A program made the position numbers and the translations under genes. From the NCBI GenBank assembly GCA_032654565.1, contig JAULAX010000017.1, positions 608,001 through 672,000 of the forward strand: 64,000 nucleotides of DNA, written 5' to 3'. Below, one piece after another: positions 26,940-37,641 of this stretch. How positions within the stretch are numbered: the stretch's first letter is position 1; every line of letters begins with the position of its first letter. A model generated the notes under the pieces. That model was not told the origin of the DNA, made no database searches, and worked only from the letters and a program-made list of their open reading frames with translations. Source of the DNA: Anaeromyxobacteraceae bacterium (lineage in GTDB: Bacteria > Myxococcota > Myxococcia > Myxococcales > Anaeromyxobacteraceae).

Positions 26940-28637
26940 ATGCGCGCCGAGGAGCTGAACCACAAGGAGCTGCTCGAGCTGGACCCCGACGGCGGCCTGA
27001 TCCGCTTCGCCGGCCAGCGCGCCCTGCTCATCGACGCCGTGGCCATGGGGCTGCTGCGCAAGTACCTGGTGGAGAACTTCGGCCTCATCGCCGCCCGCAC
27101 CGTGCTCACCCAGTTCGGCTTCGCCCACGGCTGGCGCATGGCCGAGGCCATGCAGTCGGAGTTCAAGTGGGACAGCGAGGAGGACTGGCGCGGCGCCGGC
27201 GTCCGCTGCCACGCCCTGGAGGGGCTCTTCCGCGTCGAGGCGGGCAGCATCGGGGCCCTCACCCGGGAAGGGCTGATGCTGGGCGCCTCCTACGAGGCCG
27301 AGCAGCACCTGCTCCACTTCGGCCGCTCCGACGTCCCGGCCTGCTGGACCATCACCGGGCTCACCAGCGGCTACCTGAGCCGGAGCAGCGGCCAGGAGAT
27401 CTTCGTCCTCGAGGACCGCTGCCTCGGCCACGGCGACGCCGCCTGCCACCTCATCGGTCGCACCCGGCAGGAGTGGGGCGACGAGCGAGCCGAGGAGCTG
27501 CGCTTCTTCGAGCCCCTCCGCCTCCAGGCCTGCCTCGACGTCTCGCTCCACCGGGTCACCGAGACCCTCAAGGCGGCCGAGCGGAAGCTCAGCGCCCGCC
27601 GCAGGGCCCTGGTCCGGGTGGCCCCCGAGGTCGAGGAGCCGCTCGGGCTGGTGGCCAAGAGCGCGCCCATGCGCCAGCTGGTGGACCTGGCCCGGCGGGT
27701 GGCCCGGGTGGACTCCACCGTCCTCATCACCGGCGAGAGCGGCTCGGGCAAGGAGCGCATCGCCCGGATCGTCCACGACGAGTCGACGCGCGCCACCGGG
27801 CCGTTCATCGCCGTCAACTGCGGGGCCATCACCGAGACGCTGCTGGAGAGCGAGCTGTTCGGCCACGCCCGGGGCGCCTTCACCGGCGCCACCCAGGACC
27901 GGCCCGGGCTCTTCGAGGCCGCCAACAGCGGCACCCTGCTGCTCGACGAGGTGGGCGAGGTCTCCACCGGCATGCAGGTCAAGCTGCTCCGCGCCCTGCA
28001 GGAGCGGGAGGTGCGGCGGGTCGGCGAGAACAAGAGCCGCAAGGTCGACGTGCGGATCGTCACCGCCACCAACCGCGACCTGGGCCAGGCGGTGGAGGGC
28101 GGCACCTTCCGCCAGGACCTCTACTACCGGCTCAAGGTGGTCGAGCTGCACGTGCCGCCGCTGCGCGCCCGGCGCGACGACATCCTGCCGCTGGCGCGGG
28201 TCCTGCTCGCCGAGGCGGCGCTGCGCATGAAGCGGGTCATCGCCGGCCTGGCCCCGGCCGCCGCCGCCCAGCTGCTGCGCTACGAGTGGCCCGGCAACGT
28301 CCGCGAGCTGGAGAACGCCATGGAGCGCGCGGTGGCGCTGGCCCGCGGGAGCCGCGTCGAGCTCGAGGACCTGGCCGAGGAGATCCGCCAGGCCTTCCCC
28401 AGGCCGCTGGCCACGCTCGGGGCGGTGCGGCCGCTCGACGAGGTGGAGCGGGAGTACATCGTGGCGGCGCTGGAGCTGAACGGCGGCAACCAGACCCAGA
28501 CCGCCGCCCAGCTGCAGATCGGCTCGGCCACCCTCTACCGGAAGCTCAAGAGCTACGGCCTGATCGGCGGCAAGGGGGCCACGCGCCGGCCCGCCGGCGC
28601 CACCGCCAAGGGCGGCGGCAAGGGCGCTCGCCCGTAG
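26940..28637 (+). CDS. XylR-N/V4R-domain sigma54 enhancer-binding protein
   Basis: [12 protein letters not shown] (XylR_N), PACW...SGYLS...[12 protein letters not shown] (V4R), [14 protein letters not shown], Fis HTH. Confidence 0.95.
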   Translation: MRAEELNHKELLELDPDGGLIRFAGQRALLIDAVAMGLLRKYLVENFGLIAARTVLTQFGFAHGWRMAEAMQSEFKWDSEEDWRGAGVRCHALEGLFRVEAGSIGALTREGLMLGASYEAEQHLLHFGRSDVPACWTITGLTSGYLSRSSGQEIFVLEDRCLGHGDAACHLIGRTRQEWGDERAEELRFFEPLRLQACLDVSLHRVTETLKAAERKLSARRRALVRVAPEVEEPLGLVAKSAPMRQLVDLARRVARVDSTVLITGESGSGKERIARIVHDESTRATGPFIAVNCGAITETLLESELFGHARGAFTGATQDRPGLFEAANSGTLLLDEVGEVSTGMQVKLLRALQEREVRRVGENKSRKVDVRIVTATNRDLGQAVEGGTFRQDLYYRLKVVELHVPPLRARRDDILPLARVLLAEAALRMKRVIAGLAPAAAAQLLRYEWPGNVRELENAMERAVALARGSRVELEDLAEEIRQAFPRPLATLGAVRPLDEVEREYIVAALELNGGNQTQTAAQLQIGSATLYRKLKSYGLIGGKGATRRPAGATAKGGGKGARP

Positions 28638-28816
28638 GGGCCCGCGGGCCCGCCCCGAACCCGGCGGGGCCGGGCGAAGTCCCCGACCCTGCCGGGGTGA
28701 CTCCAAGCGCCCGCGCCCCCGCCGATGAATCGGCCTATGGTGTAGACGGGTGCAGTCGTCGCCCCCGGTCTCGCGAACCGTCAGTCCCTTCGCGTGTTGC
28801 CAGATCGGCGTCACCT

Positions 28817-31351
28817 ATGCGTCCCACCGACCACGTCGTCGCCGCCCCCGTCCGCTCGGCGGCCGAGGAAGTCATCGAGGTGCGCCGCCAGGCGGCCTCG
28901 CTCAAGACGGGCGCCCTGCAGGACGCCATCTTCAACAGCGCCAACTTCTCCAGCATCGCCACCGACGAGAACGGGGTCATCCAGATCTTCAACGTCGGCG
29001 CCGAGCGCATGCTCGGCTACGCCGCCGCCGAGGTGATGAACAAGATCACCCCGGCCGACATCTCCGACCCCATGGAGCTGATCGCCCGGGCCAAGGCCCT
29101 GAGCCTGGAGCTGGCCACCACCATCCGCCCCGGCTTCGAGGCCCTGGTCTTCAAGGCCTCTCGCGGCATCGAGGACATCTACGAGCTGACCTACATCCGC
29201 AAGGACGGCAGCCGCTTCCCGGCGGTGGTGTCGGTCACCGCCCTGCGTGACGACGACGGGGGCATCCTCGGCTACCTGCTCATCGGCACCGACAACAGCG
29301 CCCGCAAGCGCGCCGAGGAGGCCCTGCTCAAGGCCGGGGCCCTGCAGAGCGCCATCTTCAACAGCGCCAACTTCTCCAGCATCGCCACCGACGCCCGCGG
29401 CGTCATCCAGATCTTCAACGTCGGCGCCGAGCGCATGCTCGGCTACGCCGCCGCCGAGGTGATGAACAAGATCACCCCGGCCGACATCTCCGACCCGCAG
29501 GAGGTGATCGCCCGGGCCGGCGCCCTGAGCAAGGAGCTGGGCACCGCCATCCGCCCCGGCTTCGAGGCCCTGGTCTTCAAGGCCTCGCGCGGCATCGAGG
29601 ACATCTACGAGCTGACCTACATCCGCAAGGACGGCAGCCGCTTCCCGGCCATCGTCTCGGTCACCGCCCTGCGCGACGCCCAGGGGGCGATCATCGGCTT
29701 CCTGCTCATCGGCACCGACAACACCGCCCGCAAGCTGGTCGAGGCCGAGCAGCAGGTCCTCGACCAGCGGCTCCGCGACCAGGTGTTCCTGACCCGCTCC
29801 CTCATCGAGTCGAACATCGACGCCATCATGACCGCCGACCCATCGGGGCGGATCACCGACGTCAACCGCCAGATGGAGGCCCTCACCGGCTGCACCCGCG
29901 ACGAGCTGATCGACTCGGCCTTCAAGGACTACTTCACCGACCCGGCCCGGGCCGAGAACAGCATCAAGCTGGTGCTGAGCAACCAGCGGATCACCGACTA
30001 CGAGCTCACGGCGCGGGCCCGCGACGGCAAGGAGACGGTGGTCTCCTACAACGCCACCACCTTCTACAACCGCGAGGGGAAGCTGCAGGGGATGTTCGCC
30101 GCCGCCCGCGACGTCACCGAGCGCAAGCGCCTCGACCAGGTGCTGCGGGAGAAGAACGTCGAGCTGGAGAACGCCAAGTCGATCGCCGAGAAGGCCAACC
30201 TGGCCAAGTCGGAGTTCCTCTCCAGCATGAGCCACGAGCTGCGCAGCCCGCTCAACGCCATCCTCGGGTTCGCCCAGCTCATGGAGTCCGACTCACCGCC
30301 GCCGACGGCCAGCCAGGCCGAGAGCGTGGCCCAGATCCTCCAGGCCGGGTGGCACCTGCTGCGGCTCATCGACGAGATCCTCGACCTGGCCAAGGTCGAG
30401 TCCGGGCAGGTGCCGCTCTCGCCCGAGCCGGTCTCGATGGCCGAGGTGATGCGGGAGTGCCAGGGGATGCTGGAGCCCATGGCGCGCCAGCGCGGCATCC
30501 AGATGACCTTCCCGCGCTTCGAGCTGCCCACCTTCGTCCACGCCGACCGGACCCGGGTCAAGCAGGTGCTCCTCAACCTGCTCTCCAACGCCATCAAGTA
30601 CAACGTCACCGGGGGCACCATCACGGTGACCTGCGCCGAGACCCGGATCGGGCGCCTCCGGACCACCATCACCGACTCCGGCGCCGGGCTGCGCCCCGAA
30701 CAGCTCGGCCAGCTCTTCCAGGCCTTCAACCGGCTCGGCCAGGAGGCCGGCGCCGAGCAGGGGACCGGCATCGGGCTGGTGGTGGCCAAGCAGCTGGTCG
30801 AGCTGATGGGCGGCGCCATCGGCGTGGAGAGCACGGTCGGGGTGGGCAGTTCCTTCTGGTTCGAGCTGGTGGCGGTCGACGAGCCCCACCTGGCCCACGA
30901 GGGCCAGGGCGCCAACGCCCATGGCCAGGTCACCGTGCCGGCGGCCGGGCGGCAGCACACCCTGCTCTACGTCGAGGACAACCCGGCCAACATGAAGCTG
31001 GTGGAGCAGATCATCGCCCGCCACCCGGGGATCCAGCTGCTCACCGCCATCACCGGCACCGCAGGTGTGGAGCTGGCCCGCCGCGCCCACCCCGACGTCA
31101 TCCTCATGGACATCAACCTGCCCGGCATCAGCGGCTTCGACGCCCTGAAGATCCTCCAGGCCAGCCCGGACACCGCCGGCATCCCGGTCATCGCCCTCAG
31201 CGCCAACGCCATGCAGCGGGACATCGACATGGGGCTGAAGGCCGGGTTCTTCCGCTACATCCCCAAGCCCATCAAGGTCTCCGAGTTCATGGACGCGCTG
31301 GTCCTGGCGCTCAAGACCACCAGCGCCCAGCCCGCCCCGGAAGCCAGCTAG
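28817..31351 (+). CDS. PAS(x3) hybrid histidine kinase with C-terminal receiver
   Basis: Tandem PAS repeats, [33 protein letters not shown]...DINLPG...KP. Start uncertain. Confidence 0.93.
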   Translation: MRPTDHVVAAPVRSAAEEVIEVRRQAASLKTGALQDAIFNSANFSSIATDENGVIQIFNVGAERMLGYAAAEVMNKITPADISDPMELIARAKALSLELATTIRPGFEALVFKASRGIEDIYELTYIRKDGSRFPAVVSVTALRDDDGGILGYLLIGTDNSARKRAEEALLKAGALQSAIFNSANFSSIATDARGVIQIFNVGAERMLGYAAAEVMNKITPADISDPQEVIARAGALSKELGTAIRPGFEALVFKASRGIEDIYELTYIRKDGSRFPAIVSVTALRDAQGAIIGFLLIGTDNTARKLVEAEQQVLDQRLRDQVFLTRSLIESNIDAIMTADPSGRITDVNRQMEALTGCTRDELIDSAFKDYFTDPARAENSIKLVLSNQRITDYELTARARDGKETVVSYNATTFYNREGKLQGMFAAARDVTERKRLDQVLREKNVELENAKSIAEKANLAKSEFLSSMSHELRSPLNAILGFAQLMESDSPPPTASQAESVAQILQAGWHLLRLIDEILDLAKVESGQVPLSPEPVSMAEVMRECQGMLEPMARQRGIQMTFPRFELPTFVHADRTRVKQVLLNLLSNAIKYNVTGGTITVTCAETRIGRLRTTITDSGAGLRPEQLGQLFQAFNRLGQEAGAEQGTGIGLVVAKQLVELMGGAIGVESTVGVGSSFWFELVAVDEPHLAHEGQGANAHGQVTVPAAGRQHTLLYVEDNPANMKLVEQIIARHPGIQLLTAITGTAGVELARRAHPDVILMDINLPGISGFDALKILQASPDTAGIPVIALSANAMQRDIDMGLKAGFFRYIPKPIKVSEFMDALVLALKTTSAQPAPEAS
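28925..29730 (+). repeat. Near-identical tandem PAS-domain duplication, 426-bp period
   Basis: GCCATCTTCAACAGCGCCAACTTCTCCAGC... begins at 28925 and again at 29351. Confidence 0.9.
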
Positions 31352-31371
31352 CGCCCCGACCGAGCGAGCCC

Positions 31372-32502
31372 ATGGCCATGGCGAAGAACCCGGAGATCCT
31401 GGCGGCCAGCATCCTCATCGTCGACGACCAGGAGGCCGGGGCCCGCCTGCTGGAGCGGATGCTCCGCGGGGCCGGCTACGGGTCGATCACCCTCACCCAG
31501 GACCCCCGCGCCGTCCGCGGCCTCTACCTGCAGCACCGCTACGACCTCATCCTCCTCGACCTGCAGATGCCCGGCATGGACGGCTTCCAGGTCATGGACG
31601 CGCTCCGCGAGGACGAGCTGGAGGGCTACCTGCCGGTGCTGGTGGTCACCGCCCAGCCGGGTCACCGGCTGCGGGCCCTCCAGGCCGGGGCCAAGGACTT
31701 CATCAGCAAGCCCTTCGAGCTGGCCGAGGTGCTGGCCCGCGTCCACAACATGCTGGAGGTGCGGCTGCTGCACCGCAGCCTGCACCGCAGCAACGAGGTG
31801 CTGGAGCAGCGGGTCCTGGAGCGGACCGCCGAGCTCCAGGGCAGCTACCTGGAGACCATCGTCACCATGCTGCGCGCCGCGGAGTACAAGGACGAGGACA
31901 CCGGCGCCCACGTGGTCCGGATCAGCCACTACAGCAGGCTGCTGGCCGGGCGGCTGGGGATGGAGCCGGCCTTCATCGACCGCATCTTCATCGCCAGCCC
32001 CATGCACGACATCGGCAAGATCGGCGTCCCCGATCACATCCTGCTCAAGTCCTCCGGCCTGACCCCGGCCGAGTGGGAGATCATGCGGGGGCACTCCGCC
32101 ATGGGGGCCCGCATCCTCGGCGACAGCCGCTCGCCCCTGCTGGAGATGGGAGCCGAGATCGCGCTCAACCACCACGAGCGCTGGGACGGCGGCGGCTACC
32201 CGGCCGGCCGGCGGGGCGAGGCCATCCCGCTGGCGGCGCGGGTCATGACCATCTGCGACGTCTACGACGCGCTGCGGAGCAAGCGGCCCTACAAGCCGGC
32301 CCTGGGGCACGACCGGGCCGTGGAGATCATCGTCCGGGGCGACGGGCGCACCGGGCCGGAGCACTTCGACCCCGCGGTGCTGTCGGCGTTCCAGGCCCAC
32401 CATCGGGAGTTCGAGGCGGTCTTCGAGACCCACACCGCGGCTCCGCGCCCGGTCCTCAAGCCGCCGGAGCCGGCGCGCCTCGTCGAGGCAGCCGCACCGT
32501 GA
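31372..32502 (+). CDS. Response regulator with HD-GYP c-di-GMP phosphodiesterase domain
   Basis: ILIVDD...[37 protein letters not shown]. Confidence 0.95.
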   Translation: MAMAKNPEILAASILIVDDQEAGARLLERMLRGAGYGSITLTQDPRAVRGLYLQHRYDLILLDLQMPGMDGFQVMDALREDELEGYLPVLVVTAQPGHRLRALQAGAKDFISKPFELAEVLARVHNMLEVRLLHRSLHRSNEVLEQRVLERTAELQGSYLETIVTMLRAAEYKDEDTGAHVVRISHYSRLLAGRLGMEPAFIDRIFIASPMHDIGKIGVPDHILLKSSGLTPAEWEIMRGHSAMGARILGDSRSPLLEMGAEIALNHHERWDGGGYPAGRRGEAIPLAARVMTICDVYDALRSKRPYKPALGHDRAVEIIVRGDGRTGPEHFDPAVLSAFQAHHREFEAVFETHTAAPRPVLKPPEPARLVEAAAP

Positions 32503-35500
32503 AGGTCGCGCCGCGGTCCCGTCCGGGACTGGCGGCCTCCACCGAGCCGCCGTGCAGGTCCACGAGATCGTGGACCATGGCGAGGCCGAGCCCGAGCCCG
32601 GGGTTGGGGCCGGCCTGGACCCCCTCCTGCGCGAACCGGTCGAAGACCCGGGCCAGGAACGGCGAGGCGATGCCCTGGCCGCTGTCGGTCACCGTCACCC
32701 CGGCGAACCCATCGGCGGCGTCGACGCGGACGTCGACCTGGCCGCCCACCGGCGTGAACTTGACGGCGTTGGCGATGAGGTTGCTCACCACCTGCTGCAG
32801 CCGCCCCGGGTCGCCCAGCAGCTCCGGGGAGCCCTCGCCCAGGTGGGCGGTGAGCCGCAGCCCCTTGGCCTCGGCCTCGGGGCGGGCGGCCTCGACCACC
32901 CCGGCCACCAGCCCACGCCAGTCGAGCTTCACCAGCGCCAGCCTGAGCTTGCCGGCCACGATGGCGGAGAGGTCGAGCAGGTCATCGACCAGGCGCACCT
33001 GTCGGCGCGCCTCCGCCTCGATGGCGGCGCCGGCCGCGGCGGCCGCGGGCCCGTCGAGGCCCTCCCGCCGGAGGGCCTGGGCGTGGATGAGCATGGTGGT
33101 GAGCGGGGTGCGCAGCTCGTGCGAGAGGTTGGCGAGGAACTGGTCCTTGGCCCGCTCGGCGAGCTCGGCGACGCGCAGCGCCCGCTCCGCCACCACCAGC
33201 AGCTCGGCGCGGTGGCGCTCGACGGCGCGCCGCTCGGTGACGTCCTCGATGGCCACCAGCAGGATCGCCTCCCCGATCGGTGACGCCACCTGGCAGCCGG
33301 AGACCGAGAGGGTGGCGCGCCCGCCGCCGGCGTGCTCCCGCTCCACCTCCAGCGCCTGGAACCGCTCCCCCCCGTCGGCGCAGGCCACCACGGCGCGGTG
33401 GAGCTCGGGCGTGTCCCACGAGCTTTCGGCCAGCTCGAAGAAGGGGCGCCCCTCGGTCACTGCGGCCTCGCCGTGGAACTGCCGGTAGTAGGCGGCGTTG
33501 GCGGAGAGGACCTTGAGGTGGGCGTCGAGGACGATCTGCGGCACCTGCACCGCCTCGACGATGCTCCTGGCGTAGTCCCGCGCCCACTGGGCCAGGGTCA
33601 GCTCGTTCCGGAGCCGGTCGATGTCCACCAGCGAGAGGATGGCCCCCTCGGGCTGGCCGCCGGGGCCGCGGCGGGGCCTGACCTGGAGCCGGTGCCAGCG
33701 CCCGTCGCGGTCCTGCACCTCGGCCTCCACCAGCACGCCCCCCGCCATGGCCCGGTCGATCCAGGGCTCCAGGTCCGGGGCCTGGACCGGCAGGATCACC
33801 TCGCCGATCTGCCGCCCCACGTCGGCCGCGGTGATCCCCAGGAACTCGGAGGCCCGCACCGTGAACCGGCGGATGCGGTGCTCCTCGTCGAGCATCAGGA
33901 TGGGGATCTCCACGGCCTCGAGCAGGCCGAGGACGTCGGCGCCGACCGCCTTCAGCTCCCGGTTCCGCTCGTGGAGCTCGTCGTTCAGCGTGGCCAGCTC
34001 CTCGTTGGAGGCCTGGACCTCCTCCTTGGCGGTCTCCAGCTCCTCGTTGAGCCCCTGGAGCTCCTCGTTGCTCGACACCAGGTCGTCGTTCCCCGAGGCC
34101 AGCACCTCGTGGCTGCGGGTGTGCTCCTCGAGCAGCGCCGCCACCTGGTCCCGGGTGGCGGCCAGCTCCTCCTCCAGCTCGAGCCGCCCGGCCGGATCGA
34201 GCCGGGCCTGCTTCCCGGCGGCGCGGCCCGGGGTGGTGCGGGGGCGCTCCTCGAAGAGCACGGCGAAGGCCCGCTCCTCGCCGGCCGGCGGCGCCAGCGG
34301 GAGCACCACCAGGTCGCAGGTGCGCGACTGCTCCCCGCGCTCGATGACGATGCGCTTCTTGCGCACCGGAGCGGCGGTCCTGCGGGCCTCCTCGAAGGCG
34401 AGGCGCAGGGGGGAGACCAGCCCGACCCGCGCCAGCTTGAGCAGCTGGTTCTGGGGCGCCCCCTGGGGCTGCTCCAGGTAGGGGCCGGTGCGGCCGCGGA
34501 AGTGGAGCACCTCCATGCGCTCGTTGACGATGACCCCGGCAGGCGCGTACCGGGCCAGCAGCAGCTCGCCGACGTGGCGGGCCAGCTCGCCGTCGGTCCG
34601 CGGGCGAGGCTGTGGGTCGGCGCCGGCCGGCTCGGGGCTGGCCGCCGGGCCAGGTCCGGGGGACGGGCCGGTGCGCGGGGCGAAGCGGAAGGTGCTGGGG
34701 CCGGGCCGGCGGAGGAAGAGCCGTCCGGCCTCGGTCACCGGGGTGAACCAGCGGGGGACGCCGGCGGCGCTCTCGGCGCGCCCGAGGAGCAGGTAGCCGG
34801 ACTGGTTGAGCGAGTAGTGGGCCGCCCCCAGCACCCGCCGCTGCAGGGCCTGGCCGAAGTAGATGAGGACGTTGCGGCAGCTCAGCAGGTCCATCCTGGA
34901 GAAGGGGGGATCGCGCGCCACGTCATGCCGCACGAAGACGCACAGCTCGCGCAGCGCCTGGCTGACACGCCAGCCCTTCTCGGTCCGGACGAAGAACCGC
35001 TTCAGCCGCTCCTCGCCCAGCCCCTCCACCGCCGCCTCGCTGTAGAGACCGGCCCGCGCCTGCACGATGGCCTGCTCGCTCAGGTCGGATCCGAAGACGG
35101 TGACCGGGTGATCGGCGCGGCCGGCGCCGAGGTGCTCGCTGAAGGCCATGGCCAGGGAGTAGACCTCCTCACCGCTGGCGCACCCGATCACCCAGGCGCG
35201 GAGCGGTGCCCCCGCCGGCTTGCCGGCGAGGATGGCGGGGAAGGCCACCGCCTTGAGGTCGTCGAAGCTCACCGGGTCCCGGAAGAACGAGGTGACCTTG
35301 ATGAGCAGGTCCTCGAACAGGGACCGGACCTCGACCGGGTCCCTTCGCAGCACCCCCAGGTAGGTGGGGAGGTCCTGCACCTTGCGCAGCGCCATCCGCC
35401 GCGCCAGCCGGCGCTCCAGCGTGGCCGGCTTGTACTCCCCGAAGTCGACGCCGGTGGCGGACCGCAGGATGGACACCACCTCGGCGAAGGAGGCGGCGCC

Positions 35501-36196
35501 GGCCGGGGTCGGCGGCTTCGGCTCGCTCCGGGCCAGGTAGGGGTGGCGGGCCAGCCGGGCCAGCTCCGCCCCCAGCTCCGCCAGGGGCAGGCAGAAGTCG
35601 ACCACGCCGGCCTCGACCGCGCTCCGCGGCATCTCGGCGCAGCGGGCCGTGGCCGGGTCCTGGGCGAAGGTGATCCCGCCGCTGGCCCGGATGGCGCCCA
35701 GCCCGGCGGAGCCGTCGGCGCCGGTCCCGGAGAGGATCACGCCGATGGCCTGCCGCCCGCGCTCTGCGGCCAGCGACCCGAGGAAGTGATCGATGGGGAG
35801 GTGGGGGCGGCGCTCCTCGGGTCCCATCGCCGCTAGCTGCAGGGTGCCCTGGGAGATGTTCAGCTGGACGCCGGGCGGGATGACGTACACGTGGTTGGGC
35901 TCGACGCGGACGCCGTGCTCGGCCTGGGTCACCGGCATGGCGGTGGCCTTGGCAAGCGCCTCGCCGAGCAGGGAGGTCCGGGCCGCGCCCAGGTGCTGCA
36001 CCAGCACGAAGGCCAGGCCGGCGTCGGCCGGGACCCGGGCCAGGAGCTCCCGGAAGGCCTCCAGGCCGCCGGCCGAGGCCCCCACGCCCACCACCGGGAA
36101 GGCGGCCGGATCCGTCGCCTGGGGCCGGGCGACGCCGCCGCGAGCCGGGCGCCTGGCCCCCCGGGTGGTCTTCGCTGGAGCGGCAGGGGTCGCCAT
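32456..36196 (-). CDS. CheB-CheR-PAS-histidine kinase fusion
   Basis: [16 protein letters not shown] (CheB), [25 protein letters not shown] (CheR), [17 protein letters not shown] coiled coil, [15 protein letters not shown]. Confidence 0.95.
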   Translation of the reverse strand: MATPAAPAKTTRGARRPARGGVARPQATDPAAFPVVGVGASAGGLEAFRELLARVPADAGLAFVLVQHLGAARTSLLGEALAKATAMPVTQAEHGVRVEPNHVYVIPPGVQLNISQGTLQLAAMGPEERRPHLPIDHFLGSLAAERGRQAIGVILSGTGADGSAGLGAIRASGGITFAQDPATARCAEMPRSAVEAGVVDFCLPLAELGAELARLARHPYLARSEPKPPTPAGAASFAEVVSILRSATGVDFGEYKPATLERRLARRMALRKVQDLPTYLGVLRRDPVEVRSLFEDLLIKVTSFFRDPVSFDDLKAVAFPAILAGKPAGAPLRAWVIGCASGEEVYSLAMAFSEHLGAGRADHPVTVFGSDLSEQAIVQARAGLYSEAAVEGLGEERLKRFFVRTEKGWRVSQALRELCVFVRHDVARDPPFSRMDLLSCRNVLIYFGQALQRRVLGAAHYSLNQSGYLLLGRAESAAGVPRWFTPVTEAGRLFLRRPGPSTFRFAPRTGPSPGPGPAASPEPAGADPQPRPRTDGELARHVGELLLARYAPAGVIVNERMEVLHFRGRTGPYLEQPQGAPQNQLLKLARVGLVSPLRLAFEEARRTAAPVRKKRIVIERGEQSRTCDLVVLPLAPPAGEERAFAVLFEERPRTTPGRAAGKQARLDPAGRLELEEELAATRDQVAALLEEHTRSHEVLASGNDDLVSSNEELQGLNEELETAKEEVQASNEELATLNDELHERNRELKAVGADVLGLLEAVEIPILMLDEEHRIRRFTVRASEFLGITAADVGRQIGEVILPVQAPDLEPWIDRAMAGGVLVEAEVQDRDGRWHRLQVRPRRGPGGQPEGAILSLVDIDRLRNELTLAQWARDYARSIVEAVQVPQIVLDAHLKVLSANAAYYRQFHGEAAVTEGRPFFELAESSWDTPELHRAVVACADGGERFQALEVEREHAGGGRATLSVSGCQVASPIGEAILLVAIEDVTERRAVERHRAELLVVAERALRVAELAERAKDQFLANLSHELRTPLTTMLIHAQALRREGLDGPAAAAAGAAIEAEARRQVRLVDDLLDLSAIVAGKLRLALVKLDWRGLVAGVVEAARPEAEAKGLRLTAHLGEGSPELLGDPGRLQQVVSNLIANAVKFTPVGGQVDVRVDAADGFAGVTVTDSGQGIASPFLARVFDRFAQEGVQAGPNPGLGLGLAMVHDLVDLHGGSVEAASPGRDRGATFTVRLPRRGAPAPAA

Positions 36197-36260
36197 GTTC
36201 GGTCTCTCGAGGGTGGGTTCCAGCGTGGACTCCAGCGTGGCTGCAGCCGCCTGACGTGAT

Positions 36261-36280
36261 GTTCGCGAACGTTCACGAAC
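36261..36280. promoter_or_regulatory. Recurring motif B, copy 3
   Basis: GTTCGCGAACGTTCACGAAC. A degenerate copy lies near 36351-36367. Confidence 0.7.
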
Positions 36281-36409
36281 GCTGCCGGAGTACGCGGCCG
36301 GGCCGGGCTCCGGTCGGCCGACCGGCCGGCGGCCGCCGTCAGGGCGCCACCGGGAACGTCCCGGACCGGCCATGTGGTCCACCATGACACCCTTTCGCTG
36401 AAAGTGATT

Positions 36410-36425
36410 TGCACACACCGTGCCT
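36410..36425 (-). promoter_or_regulatory. sigma54 promoter for the CheB-CheR kinase
   Basis: Minus strand AGGCACGGTGTGTGCA. Confidence 0.6.
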
Positions 36426-36460
36426 CTGGCCGGCCCGGGGGTGCCCCTCCGGCCGGCCGC

Positions 36461-36476
36461 GGGCGCGACCCTTGCA
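36461..36476 (+). promoter_or_regulatory. sigma54 promoter for the small-membrane-protein operon
   Basis: GGGCGCGACCCTTGCA. Confidence 0.6.
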
Positions 36477-36636
36477 GCGAGAGGAGGCGATGACCCGCCC
36501 CCGGCTCTCGGCGCGCGCTGCGCCGCTCACCACGCTCGATCCCGCGCACCACCTTCGCGGCGGGGCCACGCTCCTGCGTGACGCCCGGGGCGCTGAGGCC
36601 GGTCACCTGCAGCCGTTCCCATCGAGGAGCACCGAC

Positions 36637-36855
36637 ATGAACGCACGCATCGCCGCCATCGTCCTCATCGTCGCCGGCGCCCTGGGGTTGCTCTACGGCG
36701 GCTTCAGCTTCACCAGGGACTCGAGCACCGCGCGGGTGGGCAACCTGGAGCTGACCGTCAAGGAGCAGGAGTCGGTCAACATCCCCAGGTGGCTCGGGAT
36801 CGCGGCGCTGGTCGCCGGCGGCGTCCTGCTGTTCTCCCCGGGGAGGAAGCGCTGA
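36637..36855 (+). CDS. Small two-TM membrane protein (DUF3185-like)
   Basis: MNARIAAIVLIVAGALGLLYGGFSFT...VNIPRWLG. GAGGAG RBS. Confidence 0.8.
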   Translation: MNARIAAIVLIVAGALGLLYGGFSFTRDSSTARVGNLELTVKEQESVNIPRWLGIAALVAGGVLLFSPGRKR

Positions 36856-37283
36856 TGGAGGGCTGGACCCTGGTCGCCGCGGTCCTGGCCGCCGTGCTGG
36901 TGGGCGCCCTGGTGCCGGCGCTGGTCCAGCTGCGCGCCACGCTCCGGGCCATGGAGACCACCCTGCTGCGCTCCGGGGGACGGCTCGACGAGGCGCTCGC
37001 CGTCACCACCGCCGCGGCCGGACGCATCGACGCCCTGGCCCGCAGGCTGGGCGAGGGCGACCAGGTGGAGCGGCTGGTCCGGGACGTCTCGGCCCTGGGC
37101 CGGGTGGCCAGCCAGGTCGGCGACGTGGTCCGCGTCGCCGCCGCCGTGGGGGCCGCCGTCGGCCCGGCCGTCAGCGCCGGGATCCGCGCCCTCCGCGAGG
37201 ATCCGCCGCCGGCGCCGCAGCCCTTCGCACACGCCGACTTCAAGCACGTCCACCCGCAGCACGGGAAGCAGGCCACGCCATGA
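36855..37283 (+). CDS. DUF948/YtxG-like membrane-anchored protein
   Basis: N-terminal TM (VGALVPALVQLRATL) then coiled coil. Coupled to both neighbours. Confidence 0.7.
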   Translation: MEGWTLVAAVLAAVLVGALVPALVQLRATLRAMETTLLRSGGRLDEALAVTTAAAGRIDALARRLGEGDQVERLVRDVSALGRVASQVGDVVRVAAAVGAAVGPAVSAGIRALREDPPPAPQPFAHADFKHVHPQHGKQATP

Positions 37284-37525
37284 GCGCAGGGGAACAGCAC
37301 GGGGCCGGTGGCTTCTCGCTCCTCCTCGCCTTCGTGGGAGGCGCCCTGGTCGGCGGCGTCGCCGCCGTCCTGCTGGCGCCGCGCTCTGGCGTCGAGACGC
37401 GGCGACGGCTGGTCGGGGCGGTGGACCACGGCAAGGACTTCGCGGAGCGGGTGCCCCGGGCCATCCGGGAAGCATCGACCGCGGCACAGGACGCGTTCTC
37501 GGCGGCGCTGAAAGGCTCCGCCTGA
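37280..37525 (+). CDS. YtxH-domain protein
   Basis: FVGGALVGGVAAVLLAPRSGVETRRRL. Confidence 0.88.
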   Translation: MSAGEQHGAGGFSLLLAFVGGALVGGVAAVLLAPRSGVETRRRLVGAVDHGKDFAERVPRAIREASTAAQDAFSAALKGSA

Positions 37526-37532
37526 GGACAGT

Positions 37533-37606
37533 CTCCGCGACCGGGGGGTCGCGGAGGTATCGAGCAAGGGCCGCGAACCGGGGGGTTCCGCGGCCTTTGT
37601 CTTTGT
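37533..37606 (+). terminator. Tandem hairpins; the second is an intrinsic terminator
   Basis: CTCCGCGACC...GGTCGCGGAG, then GGCCGCGAACC...GGTTCCGCGGCC-TTTGTCTTT. Confidence 0.65.
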
Positions 37607-37641
37607 GGGCGCCGCTCCCGGGTGGGGAGCCGCCCGGGCGC

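Noticed and set aside
27167..28816. N-terminal 550 aa of the 1394-aa ORF; likewise the long N-extensions of 21454-23925 and 57241-60690
   Set aside because: Out-of-frame read-through over neighbouring real genes. Recognisable domains begin at ~28817, 22182 and 59214.
28806..28821. CGGCGTCACCTATGCG as an eighth sigma54 promoter
   Set aside because: It has GG-N10-GC spacing but overlaps the likely ATG of the kinase. It cannot be resolved without TSS data, so it is not listed as a feature.
17765..36280. Motif B as a LexA/SOS box or CRISPR repeat
   Set aside because: Spacing (GTTC-N6-GTTC, abutting GAAC-GTTC) does not fit GAAC-N4-GTTC or GTTC-N7-GTTC boxes, and the neighbours are not repair genes. 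Copies are kilobases apart with no spacer array or cas genes.
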